DNA from: Candidatus Thioglobus sp.
GTDB taxonomy: Bacteria; Pseudomonadota; Gammaproteobacteria; PS1; Pseudothioglobaceae
Assembly (NCBI GenBank): GCA_028345055.1
Contig: JAOMCO010000006.1
Coordinates: 232 to 64,231 of the forward strand
Reading direction: 5' to 3'
Length of the DNA stretch: 64,000 bases
This document shows, in pieces, positions 42,014 through 52,220 of this stretch (within the stretch, counting starts at the first letter, position 1; the number at the start of each line of letters is the position of its first letter). The position numbers and the translations under genes are program-made. A model generated the notes under the pieces. It worked only from the letters and a program-made list of their open reading frames with translations. It had not been told where the DNA came from and did no database searches.

Positions 42014-42757
42014 TTGAAATCTAATTACAAACTTTTGAAAAAAAATATCCTTGTTTTTAAGCATATGGCCTCTCAAAATCCTGGAATTTTTAGAGATTTC
42101 GCTCAGAGTCAAAATATTTTATTTCATGAGATAGACCTTCATGCAGGTGAGCAAATCCCTGAATTAAAAGATTTTGATGGTCTGTGGGTCATGGGTGGCT
42201 CTATGAATGTTTGGGAGGAAGATGAATACCCATGGCTTATCGATGAAAAAAAAGCAATTCATGAAGCGGTTACGACTCTAAATATGCCATTTCTTGGAAT
42301 TTGTCTGGGTCACCAGCTTCTTGCTGATGCCTTAGGAGGTAAGGCAGAGAAAACAGATAATTATGAAGTGGGCTTGTTTGAAATCAAACCAACTAAAGAA
42401 GGACAAAACCACCCATTATTGAAAGATTTTGACTTCTCTGATAAATGGGTTAATGTGCATTTAGTTGAAGTAACAAAGATGCCTAAAGGTTCAAGAATCC
42501 TAGCTTCATCGAATCAATGCGTGAATCATATTATGCAGGTCTCAGAGAATGCCTTTTCATGTCAATTCCACCCAGAGGTTTGCAATCACACTTTTGAAGG
42601 ATGGATGTGCATACCAGGAATTCCTATAGCTCTAGAGGAGCTCTTAAGCAAGCAAGGTTTGAATGATTTTGAGCAAGAACTTTATGCTAACTTAACTGCC
42701 AATCAGAGTGCCTCAAAGACTCTCTTTAAGAACTGGTGTGATCTAGTCTTCCATTAA
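42014..42757 (+). CDS. Stand-alone class I glutamine amidotransferase (gamma-glutamyl hydrolase-like)
   Basis: VMGG, LGICLGHQLLA (catalytic Cys) and QFHPE. Confidence 0.88.
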   Translation: MKSNYKLLKKNILVFKHMASQNPGIFRDFAQSQNILFHEIDLHAGEQIPELKDFDGLWVMGGSMNVWEEDEYPWLIDEKKAIHEAVTTLNMPFLGICLGHQLLADALGGKAEKTDNYEVGLFEIKPTKEGQNHPLLKDFDFSDKWVNVHLVEVTKMPKGSRILASSNQCVNHIMQVSENAFSCQFHPEVCNHTFEGWMCIPGIPIALEELLSKQGLNDFEQELYANLTANQSASKTLFKNWCDLVFH

Positions 42758-42838
42758 TAATTCTGATTGAATTTTTTTAGATAATATATTGCTCTAAAAT
42801 AATGAAAAAAACTTAGTTTAAACAATTTCTTCTTAAGT

Positions 42839-43183
42839 ATGACTGTAAAAAATTGTTCTCAATGTAATCAAGAATTTGGATGTGGCGCTGGAACCGGTAA
42901 CTGCTGGTGCCTAATTTTTCCTCCGGTCATGTCTCCAACACTAGAACAAGATTGTTTTTGTCCATCGTGTCTTGGAGAGGCCATCAATAATAGAATAGAT
43001 TTTCTTATTGAGGATAAGGGAATGGAAAATTTTCAGAAATTCGTTGAGCCTTATCGCTCTCAAACAAAGCTAGTAAAAAACGTAGACTATACTATTGATG
43101 ATGAGCTATACGTATTTAGTAAGTGGTACCTTGTCAAGCAGGGTGAGTGTTGTAATAACGGGTGTAAAAATTGCCCCTATTAA
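42839..43183 (+). CDS. Cys-rich CWC / DUF5522-like fusion protein
   Basis: C..C...F.CG....NCWC...P......C.C..CL followed by Y....G.CC.NGCKNCPY. Confidence 0.75.
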   Translation: MTVKNCSQCNQEFGCGAGTGNCWCLIFPPVMSPTLEQDCFCPSCLGEAINNRIDFLIEDKGMENFQKFVEPYRSQTKLVKNVDYTIDDELYVFSKWYLVKQGECCNNGCKNCPY

Positions 43184-43210
43184 AATATAAAGTTTAGGAG
43201 AACTATTAGT

Positions 43211-43342
43211 ATGAATGATGAACAGGTTGACAAAATTATTAACGAGCTTAGAGATATTCGCGGCATTATGAAAAAGGCTTATCAACTTTTTTGGGCTGCA
43301 AGCTTGTTGCTATTGCTTATTCTTGTTGTTAATTTTATTTAG
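43211..43342 (+). CDS. Unannotated 43-aa tail-anchored membrane protein
   Basis: SD AGGAG (43196-43200). Translates MNDEQVDKIINELRDIRGIMKKAYQLFWAASLLLLLILVVNFI. Confidence 0.65.
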   Translation: MNDEQVDKIINELRDIRGIMKKAYQLFWAASLLLLLILVVNFI

Positions 43343-43359
43343 GCCTATACTTTAGAGTA

Positions 43360-43932
43360 ATGATAAGAAAAATAGTTCATATCGGTAATCCAGCTCTTCG
43401 TCAAGTTGCGGATCCAGTTGATATTGACAAAATCAGCTCTGATGAAATTCAAGGTTTAATTGATGATCTCATTGAAACAATGAGAGATGCTAACGGCGCT
43501 GGTCTTGCTGCCACCCAAATTGCAGTTCCAAAGAGAATCTGCGTGATTGAAGTTAATAAAAACCCTCGCTATTCTTATAAGCCAGATATTCCTTTAACCG
43601 TTTTAATTAATCCAGAGGTGACCTTTTTGACGGATGAGAGAATTAACGTTTATGAAGGCTGTTTATCGGTTCCAAATATGAGAGGAAAGGTTGATCGTTG
43701 TCCTGAAATTTTAATTGAGGGTTACGATCGAGATGGTCAAGATATCAGTTTTATCTCTAGAGGTATAAGCGCTGGTACCTTTCAGCACGAGCTTGATCAC
43801 CTTGATGGATTAATTTATACCGATAGGATGTCAGATGCCAGTTCTCTTAGCACTTTAGATGAGTTCGCTGAGCATTTTGAAGATGAATTTAAACAGCAAG
43901 TTATAAATATTGTGGACTCCTACGGTAGTTAA
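43360..43932 (+). CDS. def: Peptide deformylase
   Basis: GAGLAATQ, EGCLS and QHELDHLDG motifs. Not adjacent to fmt, so possibly a second copy. Confidence 0.93.
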   Translation: MIRKIVHIGNPALRQVADPVDIDKISSDEIQGLIDDLIETMRDANGAGLAATQIAVPKRICVIEVNKNPRYSYKPDIPLTVLINPEVTFLTDERINVYEGCLSVPNMRGKVDRCPEILIEGYDRDGQDISFISRGISAGTFQHELDHLDGLIYTDRMSDASSLSTLDEFAEHFEDEFKQQVINIVDSYGS

Positions 43933-44106
43933 AAAAAAGACCTCTTCTTACAATATAGCTCAAGGTGAAATATATTAAAAATAATAATAATATTTTTTCT
44001 TATCTATAAGTAATTGTTATTACATATATATCTTTTAAGGTTCTTATTTTTTGTCTAAATTAAAGATAATTTTTCTAGATTTCGTTTTATTCTTTGTATA
44101 TACTCA

Positions 44107-44140
44107 TAACTCGTAGGGATATAAAATTTCCTACAAGTTA
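44107..44140 (+). promoter_or_regulatory. 5' hairpin in the amt leader
   Basis: TAACTCGTAGGGAT-loop-ATTTCCTACAAGTTA, just after a TATACT -10-like element. Confidence 0.4.
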
Positions 44141-44183
44141 AAAACGGAGAGAGATTGATTAAACTAAAAAAGGAGGTAATGTT

Positions 44184-45587
44184 TTGGAAGATCAAATATT
44201 AGCTTTAACGGCAGAAGTTGCCGCTATAAAAGGTGCTGCTGAGGTCACAAACAGGATGTTTGCTGAGGCGTACTATTATGTAACAATTCCTTTGATGGTT
44301 CTCATTCATGCTGGCTTCCTTCTCTATGAGATGGGTGCTACACGCTTGCAGAATGTCCTATCATCTGGTGTGAAAAATTTACTTGCGTTCGCGTTTACAA
44401 TTGCTGCGTGGTATCTGTTTGGTTGGTGGTTCTATTGGGCTTTGCCAACTTGGCCATTAGACTTTAGCGCTGGTGCAGGCTATATGGAGATATCAGGTCT
44501 AGAGTATGCAAATGCTATTTCATGGGCTTGGGGCGATTCTGCTCAGTACATGGGACCAAATATGGGTGACAATGCGTCAGGAGTATTCTGGGGTGCTTTC
44601 GCTTTATTTGCTGCTACCACGGCTTCGATTGCCTCTGGTGCACTTATCGAGAGAATACAAACTGTAGGTTTTGTAATCTGTGCGGTTGTGCTAGGTACTG
44701 CTGCTTGGGGTATTGCTGCTGCATGGGGATGGCATGCTGACGGATGGTTAGTAACTAAGTTTGGATATCACGACTTTGGTGCTGCTGGACTTGTTCACGC
44801 TGTCGCTGGATTCTTTGCGCTCGGCGTCCTAATTAACTTGGGACCACGTGTTGGAAAATTCAATGCTGACGGCTCTGCGAATCATCTTGCAGGTCACAAT
44901 ATGCCACTGACAGTAACTGGCTTAATGCTGATTATTGTCGGATTCTTTGGATTCTTAATGGCTTGTATCATTCTGCCTGGTGAAGGTTGGAGTTGGTATG
45001 GTGACAGAGCAACCACGATTTATGGAACTCCAATGACACTTTCAGCGCTTGCATTTAATGTTCCTCTGGCTGCTGCTGGCGGTATTATTGGTGCTTGGGT
45101 TATGACTAGAGATCCGTTCTGGATGATGTCTGGCTGTCTAGCAGGTATTATTTCTGTAGCCTCGGGTCTTGATGTTTACTTTGGTTCTACTGTCATTGCT
45201 GTTTCTATGCTTGCAGGTATTATTCTGAAGCCTTGTGCAGACTGGTTAGAGGGCCTTGGTATCGATGATGCTGTTGGTTGTGTTACGGTTCACGGAACGA
45301 TTGGACTATTTGGCCTCATAATGCTTGGTATCTTGGGTTCTGGTCTTCCAGGACTTGGTGCTTTTGCGCCTGAAGATACAGTAGCACTAAGCCTATTTGG
45401 CCAAATTGTTGGTGCAGTTGTGATGTTCTTGCTAGGTTTTGTTCCAGGGTATGTTGTATCTTGGATAGTTGACAAGGCTGGAATGTTACGTATCCCAGAC
45501 GCAGTTCAAGAGAGAGGACTTGATGCAGTGAAAGTTCCTGCACAGGCTTACCCTCAGGGTATGGCAAGTCCTGAATCTGAATCTTAA
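44184..45587 (+). CDS. Amt-family ammonium/methylammonium transporter (divergent subtype)
   Basis: HAGF..YE.G, IASGALIER, HDFGAAGLVH, LGPR.GKF, IDDAVG..TVHG and GLD tail. TTG start with SD AGGAGG. Confidence 0.92.
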   Translation: MEDQILALTAEVAAIKGAAEVTNRMFAEAYYYVTIPLMVLIHAGFLLYEMGATRLQNVLSSGVKNLLAFAFTIAAWYLFGWWFYWALPTWPLDFSAGAGYMEISGLEYANAISWAWGDSAQYMGPNMGDNASGVFWGAFALFAATTASIASGALIERIQTVGFVICAVVLGTAAWGIAAAWGWHADGWLVTKFGYHDFGAAGLVHAVAGFFALGVLINLGPRVGKFNADGSANHLAGHNMPLTVTGLMLIIVGFFGFLMACIILPGEGWSWYGDRATTIYGTPMTLSALAFNVPLAAAGGIIGAWVMTRDPFWMMSGCLAGIISVASGLDVYFGSTVIAVSMLAGIILKPCADWLEGLGIDDAVGCVTVHGTIGLFGLIMLGILGSGLPGLGAFAPEDTVALSLFGQIVGAVVMFLLGFVPGYVVSWIVDKAGMLRIPDAVQERGLDAVKVPAQAYPQGMASPESES

Positions 45588-45605
45588 TTATTAAGGAGAA
45601 TTAAT

Positions 45606-45782
45606 ATGGGATATTTTGCTGAATCTTTTGCAGAACTTTATAATGCCGATGGTTGGATGGACATGGGTATGTATATAGGTGCTGGCTCATCAGCAGCAGG
45701 CTGGTGGACAGTGATTGCTGCGGTCATGTTAGTAGGAGTCTTAGTTAAAGGCAACTCTGACGAGCAAGATCACTATAAGTAA
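45606..45782 (+). CDS. Unannotated 58-aa membrane protein co-transcribed with amt
   Basis: SD AAGGAG. Translates MGYFAESFAELYNADGWMDMGMYIGAGSSAAGWWTVIAAVMLVGVLVKGNSDEQDHYK. Lies before the terminator. Confidence 0.8.
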   Translation: MGYFAESFAELYNADGWMDMGMYIGAGSSAAGWWTVIAAVMLVGVLVKGNSDEQDHYK

Positions 45783-45805
45783 AATCTGTAAAAAGTAAAA
45801 AAACG

Positions 45806-45837
45806 AAAAGGGCGGTATGTAAATACCGCCCTTTTTT
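45806..45837. terminator. Bidirectional intrinsic terminator between the amt unit and sucB
   Basis: AAAAGGGCGGTAT-GTAA-ATACCGCCCTTTTTT. Confidence 0.9.
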
Positions 45838-45859
45838 ATTATGTATTGGACTTGAGAGT

Positions 45860-46987
45860 CTAAACTTTTAGCAATAGTCTCGCTGGATCCTCAAGCGCTT
45901 CCTTGATTGAGATTAAGAATTGAACCGCTTCTTTACCGTCAATAATTCTATGATCATATGACAAGGCAAGATACATCATAGGCTTAATAACAACCTCTCC
46001 ATCAACAGCAACAGGTCGCTCTTGGGTTTTATGCATTCCTAGAATGGCGCTTTGTGGAGAGTTTAAGATCGGAGTAGACATTAATGACCCAAATACACCT
46101 CCATTAGATATAGTAAATGTTCCACCGCTCATCTCTTCGATCCCAAGTGTTCCATCTTGAGCACGAACTGCGAAATCTACAATACCCTTCTCAATATCAT
46201 GCATTCCCATTTTATGAGCATCACGAAGCACAGGAACAACTAAACCTCGATCTGAGGATACTGCAACGGAAACATCACAGTAAGCATGATAGACAATGTC
46301 ATCTCCATCAATATATGCGTTAACGGTTGGAAATTTTTTGAGTGACTCTACAGCGGCCTTAACAAAGAAAGACATAAAGCCCAATTTGACAGAATACTTC
46401 TTTTCAAAAGCCTCTTTATAGCTTGCTCTCATTGACAGTATCTCACTCATATCAACCTCATTAAAGGTTGTCAGCATTGCAGTATTTTGAGAAGCAGAGT
46501 GAAGTTTGTTGGCAATGGTTTTACGGATACGAGTCATAGGAACTCTCTCTTCCATGCGATTGCTTGATACTTGGGCTGAACTAGTTTCAGAAGCTTGATT
46601 TATTTGTTCCTGCGGCTTTTCAATAACCTCTTCCTGCTTCTCCTCTTTTTCTTCAGTTTCATCAGGCTCATTCGGAACTGAAGATACGCTCTCTTCGACT
46701 TTCTCTTTAGTATCCTCTTCAGCCTCATTCGATTTTGCATCGACTGCATCTGCATCATCATCAATCATCCCCAGAAGTTGCTGCTCAGAGACTGTTTCTC
46801 CCTCTTCTGCTGAAATTTCAGATAAAACGCCCGACTCTTCTGCAGGGACTTCCAAAACAACTTTATCAGTTTCTATCTCAACAACTACATCATCAATCTC
46901 AACAAAGTCACCTGGTTTTTTATGCCAGGCAGCAACAGTAGCCTCAGTGATTGATTCAGGAAGGATAGGTACCTTTATTTCTTTCAT
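45860..46987 (-). CDS. sucB: 2-oxoglutarate dehydrogenase E2 (dihydrolipoyl succinyltransferase)
   Basis: Lipoyl domain [27 protein letters not shown] and YDHRIIDG. Confidence 0.96.
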   Translation of the reverse strand: MKEIKVPILPESITEATVAAWHKKPGDFVEIDDVVVEIETDKVVLEVPAEESGVLSEISAEEGETVSEQQLLGMIDDDADAVDAKSNEAEEDTKEKVEESVSSVPNEPDETEEKEEKQEEVIEKPQEQINQASETSSAQVSSNRMEERVPMTRIRKTIANKLHSASQNTAMLTTFNEVDMSEILSMRASYKEAFEKKYSVKLGFMSFFVKAAVESLKKFPTVNAYIDGDDIVYHAYCDVSVAVSSDRGLVVPVLRDAHKMGMHDIEKGIVDFAVRAQDGTLGIEEMSGGTFTISNGGVFGSLMSTPILNSPQSAILGMHKTQERPVAVDGEVVIKPMMYLALSYDHRIIDGKEAVQFLISIKEALEDPARLLLKV

Positions 46988-49680
46988 TTTTTTATGCTCC
47001 TAGCTTTATCTATAGGCTGAATTCCTAGTGCTTTTTCAATAATATGACTTTGGTTAATATTATGCAATCTAACGCTGCCTTCGGCGGGTGCAGCATAGAG
47101 TTCACGAGCGACAACATGGAGCGTTTGACCTTTCACAATATTGCGCATAAAGTTATGTCTTGATGTATACCATGCTCCTTGGTTGATAGGTTCTTCCTGA
47201 CACCAGATAATATCTTTAACATTTGTAAATTTCTTTAATTCTGTTTGAAGCGCATCATGTGGAAAAGGATAGAGCTGTTCAACCCTAATAATAGCTGCAT
47301 TATTGAGCTGATCATCTTGACGGCGTGTTAAAAGTTCATAGAAAACTTTACCACTGCAAAGAACAACTCTGTCAACTTTTTTTGGTTGAACGTTGTCATA
47401 TCGCTCTTCAATCACTACTTTAAATTTTTCATCTGTAAACCTAAAGATTGGCGACGAAGCCAAAGGATTTCTTAGAAGACTTTTGGGCGTCATGATAATA
47501 AGTGGCGCTCGGAATTTTCTTAATATCTGTCTTCTTAATAAGTGAAAGATTTGAGCAGCGGTTGATGGAACACAAACCTGCATGTTGTGACTTGCACAAA
47601 GCTGAAGAAAGCGCTCAAGCCTACCCGAAGAGTGCTCTGGGCCTTGACCCTCAAGTCCGTGTGGTAATAGCATAACAAGGTTTGAAAGGCGTCCCCATTT
47701 TGCCTCAGCGGATGATATGAATTGGTCAATAATAGCCTGAGCTCCATTCACAAAGTCACCAAACTGAGCCTCCCAAATTACAAGTGATTCTGGGTTAGCT
47801 GTAGCGTACCCATACTCAAATCCAAGGGCTGCCTCCTCAGAAAGAATTGAGTCATATATTTGAACTCTTCCTTGTTTTTCACTAATGTTTTGAAGAGGCG
47901 TGTAGTCTTCATTTGCTAGTTGGTTATGAAGGACAGCATTTCTATGAAAAAATGTACCTCTTCCACAGTCTTGACCTGTTAATCTTATTGGAACTCCGTT
48001 CTCTGTTAGGCTAGCAAAGGCCAATGTTTCAGCAAACCCCCAGTCAGCATCAATTTTACCATCTGCCATTTTCTGTCTATCGGCCATTATTTTTTTTACA
48101 CGCGGGTGAACTTCAAATCCATCAGGGGTTTGTTGTAGTTTTTTATTTAAATCCTTAATACGTTTTTTGCTGATTGCTGAATCATAAGCATCATGCCAGG
48201 AAACATCAAAGTAATCCTCCCATAGCAATTCCCAAGCCCTTTTATTTTTTGGCTCTAAAATATTGTAGGCAACTCTATTTCCATCTTTGAGTTCTTTTCT
48301 GTAATCCTTGATCATTGCATCTGCTTCAGTTTGAGAAATAATGCCTTGATTCATTAGCCTTGTAGCATAGTTCGCTCTAGTAGTAGGCATTTTGCGAATC
48401 GCCTCATACATCAATGGCTGCGTAACTGCAGGCTCATCAGCCTCATTATGACCGTGCCTTCTGTAGCACATCAAATCAATAACGACGTCCTTCTTGTAAC
48501 GCATTCGATAATCAAGCGCTAGCTTTGTAATAAAACTAACCATTTCAGGGTCCTCAGCGTTAACATGGAACACAGGGGCATTAATCATCTTAACAACATC
48601 CGTGCAGTAGTCTGTAGACCTTGCATCATCCTGCTTTGAGGTTGTAAAGCCAATTTGATTGTTGATAATGATGTGAACTGTACCTTGGGTTCTATAGCCT
48701 CTAGACTGAGACATGTTTAGTGTTTCCATAACCACGCCTTGTCCTGAGAAAGCAGCATCACCATGGATTAAGACAGGCAGAATTTTTTGTCGTTCAGACT
48801 CTTCATTTTTGTCTTGATGATACCGAGCATATCCCTCAATGACTGGGTTGACGAGCTCAAGATGAGATGGATTAAACATTAATGCAAGATGAACATCATG
48901 CTTATTTGTTTTTATATCCGAAGAAAATCCTTGATGATATTTGACGTCACCAGTCTGTTTTTTACTAAGACCAAGATCACCATCAAATTCTTTAAAAAGT
49001 TTATCAGCTCTTTTGCCCATGATATTGATAAGAACATTAAGTCTTCCTCTATGAGCCATACCCAAACATATTCTGTTTGTCAGATGTTCACCAGAATGCT
49101 CAATCAAAACATTTAATAATGGAATTAGAGTATCGCTACCCTCTAAAGAAAAACGTTTTTGACCAACATATTTATTATGCAAAAATTTTTCAAAAACTTC
49201 AGCAGCTGTTATCCTTTGTAGGAGCCATTTCTTATACTCTACTGAATTCTCCTTTTCCAAAGACATCGTTTCAATCTTAGTTTGAATCCACTTTCTTTCC
49301 TCTAGATTTGGGATATGCATATATTCAACACCAAGACTACTGCAGTAAGTTTTATTAAGTGAATCGAAAAGCTCTCTTAAAGTATTACAATTAGGTCCCT
49401 GGTAAGAGCCCATATCAAAAGTCTTATCTAGATCTGATTCATTAAGTCCAAACTCCTCCAGGGTAAATGGAGGGGTTGAGTGGTGTCTGGGTCTTTCAAG
49501 AGGATCTAACTTAGCTCTTAAGTGTCCAGAAAATCTAAAGGCATAGATAAGCCTCAGGACTGCTAACTGAGCTGGACTTTGAACTGAACTATTGTGGGTA
49601 ATATTTGATTCAAAATTAGATTCGCCATAACTTATAAAGCGACTAACCACATCTTCATGCGAACTAAAATTTTCTTTCAT
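46984..49680 (-). CDS. sucA: 2-oxoglutarate dehydrogenase E1
   Basis: [48 protein letters not shown] and GPEHSS. Confidence 0.97.
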   Translation of the reverse strand: MKENFSSHEDVVSRFISYGESNFESNITHNSSVQSPAQLAVLRLIYAFRFSGHLRAKLDPLERPRHHSTPPFTLEEFGLNESDLDKTFDMGSYQGPNCNTLRELFDSLNKTYCSSLGVEYMHIPNLEERKWIQTKIETMSLEKENSVEYKKWLLQRITAAEVFEKFLHNKYVGQKRFSLEGSDTLIPLLNVLIEHSGEHLTNRICLGMAHRGRLNVLINIMGKRADKLFKEFDGDLGLSKKQTGDVKYHQGFSSDIKTNKHDVHLALMFNPSHLELVNPVIEGYARYHQDKNEESERQKILPVLIHGDAAFSGQGVVMETLNMSQSRGYRTQGTVHIIINNQIGFTTSKQDDARSTDYCTDVVKMINAPVFHVNAEDPEMVSFITKLALDYRMRYKKDVVIDLMCYRRHGHNEADEPAVTQPLMYEAIRKMPTTRANYATRLMNQGIISQTEADAMIKDYRKELKDGNRVAYNILEPKNKRAWELLWEDYFDVSWHDAYDSAISKKRIKDLNKKLQQTPDGFEVHPRVKKIMADRQKMADGKIDADWGFAETLAFASLTENGVPIRLTGQDCGRGTFFHRNAVLHNQLANEDYTPLQNISEKQGRVQIYDSILSEEAALGFEYGYATANPESLVIWEAQFGDFVNGAQAIIDQFISSAEAKWGRLSNLVMLLPHGLEGQGPEHSSGRLERFLQLCASHNMQVCVPSTAAQIFHLLRRQILRKFRAPLIIMTPKSLLRNPLASSPIFRFTDEKFKVVIEERYDNVQPKKVDRVVLCSGKVFYELLTRRQDDQLNNAAIIRVEQLYPFPHDALQTELKKFTNVKDIIWCQEEPINQGAWYTSRHNFMRNIVKGQTLHVVARELYAAPAEGSVRLHNINQSHIIEKALGIQPIDKARSIKK

Positions 49681-50107
49681 TTTTACTATGAATTATAGGA
49701 AAAATATTACGAGGATTATTAATTTTCTGATACAGATTATACCGACTAATATTGTTGATTATTAGCATGCAATGTTGCATTAACTGTTTAATTAAAATGT
49801 TCACACTTTGTGAGTTATTTTTTTTTAACAAATTATATAGAGGTTAGGCGCTCTCATTGATTAATTATTTAAAAATTTGAATTACAAATATTAAATTATC
49901 TTCATCAATATTAAAGGATTAATTTAAGTTTTGAATTCAAGAATATAAAAATTTTTCTAATAGAGTATCAATTGATAGAAAACAATTATCCAAAATTAAT
50001 TTTTTGAAGATAAAAAATTCCATAATTTATAGGCATTATTGGAACCTTAATGATTATTAGTAAAATTTATTGTTGATAATTTTTGCCGTAAATGCAATTA
50101 ATTTTTT

Positions 50108-51124
50108 ATGAATAATTTTTTAAAAATTCTACAAGATAAAAGCCATATTTTGGCGGATGGCGCTACTGGAACTAATTTGTTTGGAATGGGGCTTGAGACG
50201 GGAGATCCTCCAGAGCCATGGAATATTGATTATAAAGATCGAATACGATCTCTTCATCAAGGGTTTGTCGATGCTGGGTCAGACCTATTTTTAACCAATA
50301 GTTTTGGTGGGACTTCTTTTAGGCTGAGATTACATAATCTTGAGTCTAAAGTCTTTGAATTAAATAAAGCTGCTGCAGTAATTGCAAGAGAGGTTGCGGA
50401 TCATTCTAATCGTTTGATTATTGTGGCTGGATCAATGGGGCCAACAGGTGAAATGATTGAGCCTCATGGACTTATGACTCCAAAGGAGGCAATGGAGGCT
50501 TTTAAAGCTCAGGCTGAGGGTCTTGCTGAGGGTGGGGTGGATGTTTTGTGGCTCGAGACAATGTATTCAATGGAAGAGTTGGAGGCTGCAATGGATGCCG
50601 TTAAAGATATTGGACTTCCAGTCTGCGCAACAATGAGTTTTGATACTGCTGGAAAAACAATGATGGGAGTGACCCCAGCAAATCTTGCAAAAAAATCTAA
50701 AGATTTAAATTTAAATGGGTTTGGTGCAAATTGTGGGATAGGAGCTCCAGATTTGTTAGCTACTATTAATGATATTTCAAAGAACGTTGACCCAGATACT
50801 GTTGTTATTTCAAAAGCAAACTGCGGTATTCCAGAGTTTGTTGATGGCAATATAATGTATTCAGGTACTGAAGAATTGATGTCTAAGTATGTTCAGATTG
50901 CAATGAACTCTGGTGCAAGAATTATTGGAGGTTGCTGTGGGACTAGTTTTGATCATGTTAGAGCAATGAGAAAAGCAATGGATCGTCATGTCATATCTAA
51001 AGCGCCAACACTTCAGGAAATTGAACAAAAAGTTGGCACTATGTCAGAGGGATCAAAATTGATCTTTCAGGGGGATGATTCTAAGCCAACTAGACAGAGA
51101 AGAAGGAGACGTTTAAGGGTCTAA
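50108..51124 (+). CDS. bmt: Homocysteine S-methyltransferase domain protein (Bmt-type)
   Basis: ADGATGTNLF, TNSFGG, ETM.S.EE, GANCG, KANCGIP, GGCCGT Zn motif and an Arg-rich tail. Confidence 0.82.
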   Translation: MNNFLKILQDKSHILADGATGTNLFGMGLETGDPPEPWNIDYKDRIRSLHQGFVDAGSDLFLTNSFGGTSFRLRLHNLESKVFELNKAAAVIAREVADHSNRLIIVAGSMGPTGEMIEPHGLMTPKEAMEAFKAQAEGLAEGGVDVLWLETMYSMEELEAAMDAVKDIGLPVCATMSFDTAGKTMMGVTPANLAKKSKDLNLNGFGANCGIGAPDLLATINDISKNVDPDTVVISKANCGIPEFVDGNIMYSGTEELMSKYVQIAMNSGARIIGGCCGTSFDHVRAMRKAMDRHVISKAPTLQEIEQKVGTMSEGSKLIFQGDDSKPTRQRRRRRLRV

Positions 51125-51219
51125 TAAGTTTATTATCTAAACTTACTAGGCAATTTCTTAAATGCGTAATTTTCCTTATAGTATAATTTTTTTTATTGTA
51201 AGTAAATTATTGTATTGTA

Positions 51220-51868
51220 GTGTCAAGCAAAAAAAATGCGCCTAAAGAGCAGGGCGTCTCCATTATTAATAAAAACCTTCCAAGTTTTGGGAGTGATAAG
51301 CAACTTGAGGCTTCAATAGGTAAACAAGTTCGAATGGCGAGAAAAAATGCCGGTGTTACGCTTCAGCAACTCTCAAAGCAATCCCTTCTTTCTGCAAGCA
51401 TGCTATCTAAAATTGAGAACGGCCAAATAAGCGCCTCTTTAAAAACAATTCAGTTGATTTGTCGTGCACTTAACATTTCTATTACTTCGTTGTTTAAACA
51501 GCATGATAAAGATGTTGAGCCAACTTTTATTAAATCAGGTAAGGGCTTAACAATTGAAAGAGCTGGTTCAGATGAGAGTCGTCATTACCAATTATTAGGA
51601 CATACTGTTGGCGGATCTTTAAAGGTTGAGCCCTGTTTAATTACGATTTCTTCAAGAGATTATGAGTTTCCTGAGTTTCAACATAAAGGTGTTGAGTTTA
51701 TCTACATGCTTAAAGGCCAGATGGATTATTTTTATGGTAACAAGGTCTATCAATTTAAAAAAGGTGATTCATTGTATTTTGATTCTGACACTCCGCATGG
51801 CCCTAAAAAAAATAATCAGTGATGAGTGTCAATTTTTAACTATTATTAGCACCAATACTGCTGATTAA
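51220..51868 (+). CDS. XRE/HTH-cupin transcriptional regulator, frameshifted near the 3' end
   Basis: HTH LS.SMLSKIENGQIS.SL and cupin FQHKGVEFIYML.G...GDSLYFDSDTPHGP. Frame 1 stops at 51822. The natural cupin end (KKIISDECQFLTIIS...) continues in the +1 frame to 51868. Confidence 0.85.
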
Positions 51869-52013
51869 TTAAGGAGTTGTAAATCTAGTTGATTTTGAAT
51901 CAAATTACCCTTCCCTATTTAATCAAAATTTATATTTTTTTATCTTGTTTCTTTGTCAAAATTTACAAGAAAATCAAGATCTTATTAAATTTCTTTAAAA
52001 TAAAAAAAATTTC

Positions 52014-52043
52014 TTGACAATGGAATATCATTAGAGGTATACT
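52014..52043 (+). promoter_or_regulatory. Putative sigma70 promoter of the gmaS-mgs operon
   Basis: TTGACA (52014-52019), an 18-nt spacer, then TATACT (52038-52043). Confidence 0.6.
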
Positions 52044-52048
52044 CCGAT

Positions 52049-52220
52049 ACTAATTTACTAATACTCTGCTTTTTTTAGAGGGTCATAAATTCAGTTATTT
52101 TTGGTAATTTGTAAGTATTTAACAATAGTAAATTAGTCTGGTTTTTATTTAGGTTTATTTCTTACGAATCTAAATAAAATCTAATAGGGGGCAAATCTTA
52201 AAAAGATTTTTTTTATTTTT
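52049..52220 (+). ncRNA. Candidate structured 5' leader of the gmaS-like gene
   Basis: Perfect 12-bp stem 52049-52060/52126-52137 enclosing inner hairpins. A 14-bp hairpin at 52143-52179 and a short hairpin plus T-run precede the SD. Confidence 0.4.

Noticed and set aside
44179-44202. ATG-initiated 7-codon ORF overlapping the amt start, as a leader peptide
   Set aside because: The ATG is only about 2 nt from the SD, while the TTG at 44184 is optimally spaced. There is no supporting evidence.
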